Of a DNA stretch of 64,000 bases, positions 37,871 to 49,593 are shown piece by piece (the stretch's first letter is position 1; each line of letters begins with the position of its first letter). The position numbers and the translations under genes were made by a program. Source of the stretch: Octopus sinensis (lineage: Eukaryota); the NCBI RefSeq assembly GCF_006345805.1, contig NC_043017.1:23498001-23562000 (forward strand), in the 5' to 3' direction. A model generated the notes under the pieces. That model saw nothing but the letters and a program-made list of their open reading frames with translations, had not been told where the DNA came from and did no database searches.

Positions 37871-38270
37871 GAATAACTGCATTTACTAATGAATAACAGT
37901 CTTGGTTATTGAATAACAGCCTTGGTTAGTAAATAACAGTCTTGGCTATGGAATAACAGTTTTGGCTAATGAATAACAACGTTGGCTTATGAATAGCAGC
38001 CTCGGTTAGTGAATAACTGTCATGGCTCATGAATAACTACATTGGCTAATGAATAACAGTCATGGCTAGTGAATAACAGTCATGGCTAGTGAATAAGTCT
38101 TGGCTAGTGAATAACAGTCTTGGCTAGTAAATAACAGTCTTGGCTAGTAAATAACAATCTTGGCTAGTAAATAACAGTCTTGGCTAATGAATAACAATAT
38201 TGGATTATGAATAAGTCTTAGCTTGTGAATAACAGTCTTGGCTAGTGAATAACAACATTGGCTTGTGAAT
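37871..38270. repeat. 20-bp minisatellite GAATAACAGTCTTGGCTAGT (~20 units)
   Basis: Head-to-tail units with point variants and 18-nt variants; no unique spacers. Confidence 0.9.
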
Positions 38271-41200
38271 TATATTCAGCTGAGTAAGAAAGTAAATTTT
38301 AAAAAACTTACTGTGTGATGTATTGTATCATCTGACCTTATAAATTACATAACTCAACTTGAACTCTTGATTTAGAGTTTAATATTTATGGATGAGATTG
38401 CTAGAATTGGTATAACATTGGGGAAAATGTCTTCTGATTTTTAGTTGCTTTTTTTTCGTGTCTCTGAGTTTCAATCCTGCTGAGATCAACTTTGCTTTTC
38501 AATTCTTTGCCTGATCAATAAAATGCACAGTACTAGTCAAGTACTGGAGTCAATATAATTGACTATTCTTTAACCCAAAATGTGTGGCTCTTTCCCTACA
38601 TTAAAAATCAATATTCACCAAAATTCTTAGTAAACTCTTTGACATTTCAATGACATTCAAGGTATCATGAACTCAAGAACAGAACAACTACCTTCTCTCC
38701 ATTCTTCTTGTAGCTTCATTAGATACTGGCATGCTGAAGACTTGGAATATTTTAATTTAATTTTATTTTATCTTCTCCATTGACATGCAGTGGTTAAAAG
38801 CTATCAAGGATTTGTTATTTTTCAATTTTTTCTCATTATTACTTTTTGCTATTTTTCTCCATTTAAGCTGTATTTTGTGAATGGATAAATACAGATACAA
38901 TGGCTGGTGATGAATGCCTGAGAGCTTGTGTCAGCATTTAAAGTTATATTCATTTGATACAATCATATTTACCGTTAGGGTATATTGTACAAATATTCAG
39001 TTCAATTTAGCTCTATTCTAGACTGGAAATCTTGAGATTGCCCTTTGCTTCCCTGGAGCAATGTTATAGTTCATCTGAACAATCAAGATTCCAAACAAAT
39101 TTATACTGATTCATGTATGGAGTTGACAAGACCTTCATTAATAGGTTCTTATTGATCTCTTCAGTAAATTAACTTACTCAACATCACAGATTCATCTCCA
39201 TCTTTCTATGTTGGATTGTCAGACAAATTTGTTCATTTTCTTTTTCAATTCATTTTAATTATTTCCGGTGTTATCCATTTTGTTATTATATTTTTCTGTT
39301 TCAATTGATTTTGAAAATAATGAATAATTTATTGAAATATCGTTGTCAGAATTAAGCTGACAATTAGGGAATTAACTTGAAATTTTGATGGAAGGTTTTA
39401 ATTTAGATCACATTATGTATAAAGTTTGTATCATCAACCCAGAGGCAGTCTCAGACAGTTTGGTATCAAAAAGGTTATTTGAATTAACACAAAAATATCT
39501 TTATTGGAATTTTTTATGATGACTTTTGTTTTTTTTTAGCCCTGTTCTTCCTCTACAGCTTTTATTTATTAATTTTGAAATTCAAATAAATTTTAGTATG
39601 GATTCACTTTTGTATTGATTCACTATTCTATTTCAATATATATATATATATATACACATATATACATGTATTTATATTTATCTATATGATTGGAGAAGGG
39701 AAATTAAGAAACTAAGTTGTTCCAATAACACTATGATAGTTTTCTACAATACTATGATACTTAGCATGGAAAGCGGATGCTAAATGATGATGATGATGAT
39801 GATGATTTACCTCTTTCCAAACGTATGACAATGGAGTGCCAAGTAGAAAAACAAACAAATTTATCTAACAACCAAATACATTCCATAATACAGAAACACA
39901 TTTTGCTGCCACTGATTTCCTTTTCTATGTATTTTCTTTTCTGTTGTCACAGAAAAAGAGAATCAGAAAGTATAATGGACAAATATTGTTGCAATGTTTG
40001 GTGAGAAGTACATAAGAGACCAGTTAGAGATTTGCACACCATTTATTTGATAATTCTTTTCTTAAATTATACTGTATTTCACAATAACATTTAGTTTTAG
40101 ATTGAAATTCACTTCAGTCAGACTTTTTATTCTGTTCTGGAAATTTGTACATTAAAACGGCCTTTCCTTCCATGTATTGATGTTCTTCTGTACAGATATT
40201 TAAACAGCCATAAAAGTTCAAACAAATATATATTGATTTATATATGGGATCTGACATGGTTATCTAACAGATTTATTCTTTAGGATTCACTTTTGTATTG
40301 ATTCACTATTCTATTTCAATATATATATATACACATATATACATGTATTTATATTTATCTATATGATTGGAGAAGGGAAATTAAGAAACTAAGTTGTTCC
40401 AATAACACTATGATAGTTTTCTACAATACTATGATAACTTTCTGTACTTCTCTGATAGTTTTTGTTGCTTTGCCAGAGTTTACTAAGACATTATAGCTCC
40501 AGCTAATGGTATGCAACGATTTGAAATATTTTGGTCATGGTTTACACAAATGGGAAAGAGTTCTTATTGATCACTTCAATAAATTAACTTACTCAACATC
40601 ACAGATTCAATCTCCCTCTTTCTATGTTGGGTTGTCAGACAAATTTGTTCATTTTCTTTTTCAATTTATTTTAATTATTCCCAGTTTTATCCTTTGTTAT
40701 TATATTTCTGTTGAGGGTTCCTTGGAGATCTTTTTCAGGGCCTTGAAGAACCATAACCATATAATAAATAATTTGTCTCTACAAATTCCATCCAACCCAT
40801 GCAAGCATGGGAAAGTGGATGTTAGAATGATGATGACAACAACAGGGGGGTTGGGGTTGGGAGGAGGAGGATAGTGTTAATTTGGGGAAGATTTAACTGC
40901 TATTTCTGACCAAGTGAAGGTCTTGTTTACATTAATTATATTAGATGTAAGGCCATGGAACTTACAAGATGAAAAGAAATGGTAGAAACCCTTGCAAGAA
41001 CCAGTCTTTCAGTAACACCATGCAATAACCAATTATCAGGGCTACAGAATTCTCTGATGACAATTGAAGTATAGCTTTATAGAATTTACCAATGAATTTC
41101 TTACATATGCACCAGTTCCCAGAATTTACAAGATGGAAAAAGACACTGTATTTACTCACGTATAAGCTGTACTATCTTATACTTAACATCAACTGAAAAA

Positions 41201-41283
41201 AACTGAAGCACAACTTAATCCAAAACAATATGAATAAATAAACAATAGATTTGACAGAATAATTTGAATGCTAAAAGATTAAG

Positions 41284-41570
41284 CAGATCAGGCCGAGAAA
41301 GTCACTAGAAGCTAGGATCACCAAGCATAGATTGGCATATTTTGGTCATATTATGAGGAGAAAATCCCTGGAGAAGGACATCATGCTCGGAATGGTCAGT
41401 GGCAAGAGAGGAAGAGGCCGACCAAGAACCCGCTGGCTTGACACCATCAAGAGTGATACCGGAATGGACATAACCAATCTGAAAGAAGCAGCCCAGGATA
41501 GAACTGACTGGAGGACACTGATCCATGGAGTAACCGAGAGTCGACTTCGACTGAGCGGATAGATAGATAG
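41284..41570 (+). mobile_element. 5'-truncated RTE (BovB-like) LINE
   Basis: Open frame ..RLAYFGHIMRRKSLEKDIMLGMVSGKRGRGRPRTRWLDTIKSD..AAQDRTDWRTLIHGVTESRLRLSG*, (GATA)n tail, 11-bp TSD AAAAGATTAAG. Confidence 0.9.
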
Positions 41571-43539
41571 AAAAGATTAAGATAGAGAAGAACAAGCAGT
41601 GGGGTCTAGTTTTGTACTTCACTCATAGTGTCATTTGGTTTAACTCTATAAATGACTTGCTTTTTAAAAAATGCATTGACATCACAACCCCTTTATTTAC
41701 TCATTGTTAAGGGGATGCAATAGACAGTACTGTCCCCTCACTATTCAATGATGCAGTGATACACTTATTTCGAAACACCTCTTTACAAATTGTTACAAAT
41801 ATTTCCCCCATGATCAGACATGTTTTTTCATGGAAGACTGGAAACAAACAACCTTGTTTGTATGATGATGATGATGATGAGGAGGAGGAGGAGGAGGATT
41901 ATTTACAACACTCACATGATGTCTAGACAAGAGTACACACAAACATTTACTCACATGCATATAAAATACATACATATATATGTACATATTTATTCACTCA
42001 CACACACCATACCAAGCTTCTTTCAGTTTCCATCCACTAAATCCACTCTCAAGACTTTGAATGACCTAGGGATACATAGAAGACACTTCCCCAGGGTGTC
42101 ATGCATGGTTGGGAAGCAAGATTCTCAATGACACAGCCATGCTTTGCACCTATTCATACTTATGCAAACCATAAGCAACAGTTTAGATTGATGTGCAAGC
42201 AATGTTTCTGTGCAGAAAACTGTTTTATATACACAAATAATTAGCAAGTGTTGAAGCAAATATGTGAACAATGCTACAGTGGAAAGGACACACACTCCTT
42301 GTAAATAGTTAATCATTGTTGAGGCATTAAATAATTGCTGACTTTGAAAAGGAATCTGAGATCTATATAAGATCCGCTTATCTTGCTTCACATCAAATAT
42401 ATTATAGAATACATTAAGCAGTTTTTGGAACATATTGATTTCTTTTGAATTGATGTAAAGACCAAGAGGAGGTGCATTTAATTAATTAAGCTTCTGAATA
42501 ACCAGTAAAAGAGTAAAGAATCATTATTAGTTTATGTGAAGTAAATCAGCTGCTATCAGGAATTGGATCTACACTGCAGATTTCACTCACTGAGAGCTTA
42601 ATTCCCTAACACTTGCTGCAGTGCAGTTGGTAGAATCATTAATGCCACATGGAAATGCCACATGCTATTTAGTTATGACCCTTACAGTCCAAGATCAAAT
42701 CATAATAAGAAGCAACTTAGCCTTTCAGACTATTGGCATTTGCATCAGTTTCTTCTGTCTGCTCTCAAACACATTGTTTGATAGCATTTTGTTCCATGCT
42801 CTGTAGAATGTATTAGATGCAGGGTGAAGGTATATTCAGCAAGGGCTAATAATAAATTCACTTTGCAATAATGTGGTTTTAAGTTCAGTCCCACTGCATG
42901 GCACCTTGGGCAAGTGTCTCCTACTATGGCGCTTGGCCAACTAATGCCTTATGAGTGGATTCAGTAGATGGAAAGTGTGTGGAAACTCAAAATATTTATA
43001 TGTGTATATCTTTGTGTTTGTCTTTTGCCACCACTTAACTACAGGTGTTGGTTTGTTTACATCCCCTGTAACTCAGCAGATTGGCAAAAGAGACTTAAAG
43101 AATAATTACTGAGATGAATTTTTTTCACTAAAACCCTTCAAGGTGGTGCCCCAGCATGGTCTCAGTCCAATGAGTGAAACAAATAAAAGATAAAAAATAA
43201 GAATATCTGAGATGAGTCTTTGTGGATACAATTAGAAATATTTGGACTCTTAGCATATTTGGACTCTTAACTGCATCAGTAGAGATGAAACATGGTTTAA
43301 TATTTACATCTATCAAATATGAAGGAACATGGCTTAGTGTTTGTTTCATGATCATAAGGCTATGGTTTCATTTCCTGACTGGAGAGTAGCAGTGCAATGT
43401 GCTCTTGAGCAAGGCACTTCATTTCACATTGCTCCAGTCACTTAAGCTGTTTTTAGACACTCAACTTCACATACAGGACCCATGATAATTTTTTGAGACT
43501 TCGCTTTTTTAAAAAAACACGTATCTTATGATAAATATT

Positions 43540-43691
43540 GGCTGTGTGGTAAGTAGCTTGCTTACCAACCACATGGTTCCGGGTTCAGTCCCACTGCATG
43601 GCACCTTGGGCAAGTGTCTTCTACTATAGCCTCGGGCCGACCAAAGCCTTGTGAGTGGATTTGGTAGACGGAAACTGAAAGAAGCCCGTCG

Positions 43692-43722
<31 letters not shown>

Positions 43723-43924
43723 TTGTGTATCTGTATTTATCCCCCTAGCATTGCTTGACAACCGATGCTGGTGTGTTTATGTCCCCGTCACTTAGCGGTT
43801 CGGCAAAAAGAGACTGATAGAATAAGTACTGGGATTACAAAGAATAAGTCCCGGGGTCGAGTTGCTCGATTAAAGGCGGTGCTCCAACATGGCTGCAGTC
43901 AAATGACTGAAACAAGTAAAAGAG
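43540..43924 (+). mobile_element. SINE family A
   Basis: Well-preserved copy, slightly 5'-truncated. Confidence 0.9.
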
Positions 43925-44577
43925 TATATGCATATAGACTAGATACCTAAGAGAGGACACATGATCTAGTGATTAGGATTTTGCACTCATGATTGCAAGG
44001 TCACAGTTTCAATTCCTGGACTGATTAGAACATTTTGTTCTTCAGCAAAACACTTCATCTCATATTCTTCAACACCTTGTGTGTGGTACATTGTGCACCT
44101 GTTCAGGCCATGTCAATTTGATGAAGGAAGTGAGCACATACATTGGACTACTTAAAACAAATTATTTGAGCAGGTTGTTCCGTAAGAAATTGCAGAACCA
44201 TTCTTCTCAGACTATGAGAGACTAAAATCACATAAGCTAAGAATAAGAGATATAATGATGATTGATGAGCAGTAACGAAACCAATGGAAACATTGGATAA
44301 GATATATATAATGAACAAATGTTTCCTACTTGTCAAGGTAAACAACCTGAAAAAATTATAATTGTATTACTACCTCTCTTTTCCATTTTTTCTTTTGCCA
44401 ATATTTATTGAATTAGAATCAAATAAATGTATTTTAAATACGTTACTTTTGACTTACAAACACTGTTATAATTTAGGTTCTTATATCAGGCAGATTTCAT
44501 TATTTTCATTATGCCACACATGATATTTAGACATACATACATAAACACACACACAAACACACAGAAATATTTTTTTC

Positions 44578-44994
44578 TTTTCTTTTACTTGTTTCAGTCA
44601 TTTGACTGCAGCCATGCTGGAGCACCGCCTTTAGTCGAGCAAATCGAGCCCAGGACTTGTTCTTTGTAAGCCCAGTACTTATTCTATCGGTCTCTTTTGC
44701 CGAACCGCTAAGTGACGGGGACATAAACACACCAGCATCGGTTGTCAAGCAATGCTAGGGGGACAAACACACAAACATATACACACAAACATATACACAC
44801 ACATACATATATATATATATATACATATATACAACAGGCTTCTTTCAGTTTCCGTCTACCAAATCCACTCACAAGGCATTGGTCGGCCCGGGGCTATAGC
44901 AGAAGACACTTGCCCAAGATGCCACGCAGTGGGACTGAATCCGGAACCATGTGATTGGTAAGCAAGCTACTTACCACACAGCCACACCTGCGCC
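44578..44994 (-). mobile_element. SINE family A
   Basis: Well-preserved reverse copy. Confidence 0.9.
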
Positions 44995-45019
44995 TGTATG
45001 TATATAAATATATGATATA

Positions 45020-45234
45020 TAAGAGAGAATGCTGAAAAGTTCCTGGCTTTGGATAAAAGAAAAATACAGGAGGATCAGTTAATTATGATTCTTTTTTTCA
45101 ACATATTCCTCTCTCAGATTCACATGCTTACTGCAGCAGTCCTTCAGTTTTTCTAAGTCCTGCATAAGAACTCAGAAGCAACCAGGTCTTTCACAATACC
45201 TTTGAAACCAGGAACTTTTCAGCACCCCTTCATA
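45020..45234. mobile_element. Mariner-type MITE
   Basis: TIRs TGCTGAAAAGTTCCTGG / CCAGGAACTTTTCAGCA with TA flanks. Confidence 0.8.
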
Positions 45235-45358
45235 TACAAAATGATAAATATAAAATATATACAAAACATATTTGATATTCAAAATGTGACCACGTGTGTA
45301 CCGTTAGCGATTTTTTTTTCCCTCCGTCTTCCCTTCTCTGGATCTTTCCTTTTCTTAT

Positions 45359-45393
45359 GTTTCCGACGAAGAGCTCCACTCGAAACGTTAAAC
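45359..45393 (+). ncRNA. Minimal type I hammerhead-like motif (U4C) in a Penelope-type terminal repeat
   Basis: GUUU CCGACGA A GAG CUCCA CUC GAAACGUU AAAC; palindromic AACGUU stem III. Confidence 0.5.
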
Positions 45394-45539
45394 CCTCCTT
45401 CTTTCCTTCTTTCCTGAGCGTCCAATAATACTATATTTGTTCCACGTCCTCATGTTGTTGTGTTTTCTCTTTGTGTTTTCATGTTTGGATTAACTATAAT
45501 ATAGTCAATTCAAGGATGTTAAATCCTCATTAGGGATTT

Positions 45540-45982
45540 TGTAATGCAAAAATTCCATTTTCTCTGCCAGTTCCCTTGTTGTTTTGATGAGAATTTTCAT
45601 GAAAAAGTTGGTTTAATTGCTCTTCATCGAACTCAACTGGATAGCCAGAACAAGGTGCGTCTTTGAGGTCAAAATTTCCATTTTTCAACTTGGCATACTA
45701 ATTACAAACGGTCCTTTCAGCTATGGCACCCTCTCCATACACATTACAAATGTTGCAAGCAGCTTTTGCGGCCTTAGAACCTTGAGTAAAAGCAAAAAGA
45801 AGGAGGTGCTGAAAATGCTCGTTTTTCTTAACTTGACATCCCAGTTTAATGATCTGAAAATAAACAAAAATTAACTAAACAAAAAAAACAAAATAGATTC
45901 CAAAATGATTCAAAAATAGAATTCTCGCAAAAAATAGATTCCAAAATTTAAAAAAACAGTGGGAACTTAGTTGCCAACCCAA
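45540..45982 (-). mobile_element. Mariner 5' fragment (TIR and transposase HTH)
   Basis: TA|TTGGGTTGGCAACTAAGTTCC TIR; HLLLFAFTQGSKAAKAACNICNVYGEGAIAERTVC..FDLKDAPCSGYPVEFDEEQLNQL. Confidence 0.85.
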
Positions 45983-46549
45983 TATATATATATATATATA
46001 TATGATTAAAAAGTAATGTAATAGTACATTATGGAGGATATATTATAAACAATTAATAATTATTTATGAATATATCAATGGCCAAATATGTTATCATCAA
46101 ATACATAGAAGAATGTTTATAATTATGAACAAGTTACAATTATAACTAAGAGAGTTTCAAAATCTTTACATGTTTAGAAATAGCTGTGCAATGTGCATAA
46201 TTATAAACATTCTTCTTATATATATATATATAAGGTTGCAAGATGCAACGAAAATTTTAGGAAATTAAAAATAAGGAATAAGTGGAAATTTTACTGGTGT
46301 GTGTGTTAAGTTATAAGGCACAAAAAGAAAATGACTCTCCCCAGACACAACAGAATATGCTTCAACACACGACCTCATATAAAGAATCTTGCAAACCAAA
46401 TCCAAAAACAAGATGTATAAATATATATATATATATAGTAGTAACAGAAAAGGGGAATTTCGGTTGTCCGCACGAGGTGGATTGTAATGTATATAAGAAA
46501 ATAAAAACGGAAAATACGCACACTTACATGGTTATTGTATAATTTTTAA

Positions 46550-46586
46550 TGTATCGACCGGTTTCGCAATCGCTATTCATGATACA
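46550..46586 (-). ncRNA. Minimal type I hammerhead motif, A3-U8 core variant
   Basis: UGUAUC AUGAAUA GC GAUU GC GAAAC CG GUC GAUACA: 6-bp stem I, palindromic ACCGGU stem III, GUC triplet. Confidence 0.6.
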
Positions 46587-47409
46587 ATGTTTAATTTATA
46601 TGAAAATATATTTTTATATATATATATAGATAGATAGATAGATGTGTTTGTGTACGTGTGTGTGTGTGTGTACCACTGCTTGACAACTAGTGTTGGTATG
46701 TTTATATCCCTGTAGCATAGTGGTTCAGCAAAAGAGACTGATACAATAAGTACCAGGCTTTTAAAAAAAGGCCTGGGGTTGAATTGTTTGACTAAAACCC
46801 TTCAAAGTGTGCTCCAACATGGCCATAGTGAAATGGCTGAAACAAGTAAAAGATAAAAGATATGTGTTCAATATCTGACAAATGTGTGTGTGTGTGTGTG
46901 TGTGTGTTGTGTATGCAATATCTGACAGACGTCTCCAATATTTGACTAATTGCCAGACTGCAAACTGATGACAATCGCAATGAAACGATGACAAAGACAA
47001 ACTTAAGACTCTGAATAAAACTGCTAAATCAGGGGATTATGACAATTAAATCTGTGTGAACTGATTTATTATCTAAAGCTGACATAACACTCTTGATTTA
47101 CTGGCAAATACAAAACACTGGAAAACAAGTTTATCTTCGTTTATCATTCATAGAGTCGTCTTCTATTAATTCTTTCTAATTCACAAACTTGTTGTTGTTG
47201 TTGGCATTGTTGCTGTTGCTTTTGCTGCTGTTGTTAATGCTTATACTGCTGTTAATGCTGCTGCTACTGCTGCAGTTGTTGTTGTTGTTGTTATGTTGTT
47301 GTTGTTGTTGTTGTTGTTGTTGCTGCTGCTGTCATTCTGGTTGTTTTTTTTAATGCTGCTGTTATTGTTTTGCCTTCTTTGCTGTTGTTGCTGCTGTTGA
47401 GCAAACGGT

Positions 47410-47755
47410 CTTCGTCCCAGAGCTCGCAAGATGGGAGAAGTCCGAAACGTGGTCCTTTGCTATTCGTAAGACCTGCAGAAGAGAAAGCAGGTCAATCCCT
47501 GACACCGAGAGCATCGACGGATGGATGAATGCGCATCCAGGCTCAGCGGTTGCGTAGGAAGTTGGGGACAAGAAAGAGTAAAAGAAAGTTGGGGTGAAAG
47601 AGTACAACAGGGGTCGCCACCACCCCCTGCCGGAGCCTCGTGGAGCTTTAGGTGTTTTTGCTCAATAAACACACACAACGCCCGGCCTGGGAATCGAAAC
47701 CGGGATCCTCCGACCACGAGTCCACTGCCCTAACCACTGGGCCATTGCGCCTCTA
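47410..47755 (-). mobile_element. SINE family D with a different 3' tail ending in (CAA/CAG)n
   Basis: The head matches the 14392 copy; the 3' half differs and runs into the triplet tract at 47180-47400. Confidence 0.75.
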
Positions 47756-47959
47756 CACACACACATATATATATAAATAAATTCAATTAGAGGTTAAATA
47801 AGCCTCATTAAGGGATAATAATATCCAATGAATTTACTGGTTTCTTACCTACTATTTATTTTGAATCTTAGTTTTAATATTCAAAAATAGGTAATTAAAT
47901 AAACCGGGGTTTAAATTTATTTAAGAAAAATAAGAAAATAGAGATAAATCCATTAATAA

Positions 47960-48210
47960 TTATTTGCAGGCGATTTCTTGACATATATTTACATGTTTTT
48001 ATGAAGATTTTCGGCAATTTTTTGCTGGCTAAAGCCAACCTCAGATTGCACAACAATACGACCTCTTTGAAAATTGACAGTTCTGTTGAATTTTTCGTGC
48101 GTGGCATGGTTGCTCTTTGCAAATGTCTTATATAATGGCACCTGGAATGAAAAAGAATAATTGCATTGTAAATTCTACACTGCTGAAAACATATTATGAC
48201 AGATCAGAAA
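47960..48210 (-). mobile_element. Tc1-like transposase N-terminal fragment
   Basis: ATG at 48107, MPRTKNSTELS/FQRGRIVVQSEVGFSQQKIAENLH (one frameshift), a Tc1-type HTH. Confidence 0.6.
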
Positions 48211-48249
48211 TTTTGAAAATTAAAGGTATTTATTCACTTCCTGCATGTC

Positions 48250-48293
<44 letters not shown>

Positions 48294-48374
48294 GGTCCCG
48301 GGTTGAGTCGGGGTTAACCACAGTAAATAAGGTACTCAATACATAGCAGAATAAAGTAATTTATTTTATAGAAG

Positions 48375-48425
48375 GAGCTTCTACAGGACTAGAACTGTTT
48401 CGTTCAGATGAATCTTCAGGAAGCT
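48375..48425 (-). ncRNA. Type I hammerhead ribozyme motif (left arm of palindrome)
   Basis: Reverse complement reads AGCUUC CUGAAGA UUCAUCUGAAC GAAACAG UUCUAGUC CUGUA GAAGCU. Confidence 0.7.
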
Positions 48426-48472
48426 TCCTGAAGATTTCATCTGAATGAAACAGTTCTAGTCCTGTAGAAGCT
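48422..48472 (+). ncRNA. Type I hammerhead ribozyme motif (right arm of palindrome)
   Basis: Stem I AGCUUC/GAAGCU, core CUGAAGA, stem II UUC/GAA, GAAA, stem III ACAG/CUGU, cleavage triplet GUA. Confidence 0.7.
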
Positions 48473-48707
48473 CCTTCTATAAAATAAATTATATATATAT
48501 ATTATATATATATATATATAGAGAGAGAGATGGATAGATAGATAGATATACACATATATTTTGAAAATTACGGTATCTATTTATTTCCTGCATGTCTGTG
48601 TGTTTATATATATATATATATTATATATATATATATATGTATATATATATGTGTGTGTATATACATACATATATATATATATGTATGTATAATATATGTG
48701 TGTGTAT

Positions 48708-48749
<42 letters not shown>

Positions 48750-49521
48750 ATATATATGTGTGTGTATATACATACATATATATATATATATTATATATAT
48801 ATATATATATTTATATATGTCTTATGTATATGTGTGTGTCTGCGTATCTGCATGCGTGTGTGTCTGCATCTATCTGCGTGCGCGTGTGTGTGTGTGTGCA
48901 CGTGTGTGTGTGTGTATGTTACATTATTTAGAACCCATAGCAGTGATAATTGATTTTCTGCCTCTGCTTACGTCAATTTAATTTATTGCAGTCTGCTTAG
49001 AGGTGTTGTAACATGAGTCTTGGGTGGAAAAGATTGTTTTTAAGACTAGCAATCTATTTAATGGCAGAAAATATTTTGTTTTCTAACTTTTCCAAATCAT
49101 TTACTTTTTAGTTGACCTTCATCACATTATTGTTCATCCTTTCATGATTGCATGGGTTGGATGCAGTTTATTGAGGCAGATTTTTTCTGTGGCTGGATGC
49201 CCTTCCTGTCACCAACCCTTACCTGTTTCCAAGAAAGGTTATGTTTCACCATAGCTAGACATGCCTTTTGCAGGATGCTGGAAACAAACGACACTGCTTT
49301 TATGACAGTGACACTCATTTACAACTGTAACATTGATGTCAAGACAGAGACCAGCACGTGCACACGCACACACAAACACGCAAACATGCACACTCACACA
49401 TGTACATACACACACACACATACATACATACACAGTTATATATATATTTTTTTTTTATTTTATCTAGTTTCAGCTCACAAGCTGTGGCCATGCTGGGGCA
49501 CTGCCATTTAAAACGAAGAGA

Positions 49522-49593
49522 TGCGTCGGCCGGGAGTCGAACCCGGATCGACTGCTTGGAAGGCAACCATGCTAACCGTTACACCACCGACAC
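49522..49593 (-). tRNA. tRNA-Gly(TCC)
   Basis: GTGTCGGTGGTGTAACGGTTAGCATGGTTGCCTTCCAAGCAGTCGATCCGGGTTCGACTCCCGGCCGACGCA: 72 nt, full cloverleaf, TCC anticodon, discriminator A, TTTT a few nt downstream; U2-G71 in the acceptor stem. Confidence 0.88.

Noticed and set aside
37871-38270. CRISPR-like regular repeats
   Set aside because: Contiguous 20-bp units without unique spacers, no cas genes, and a eukaryotic context.
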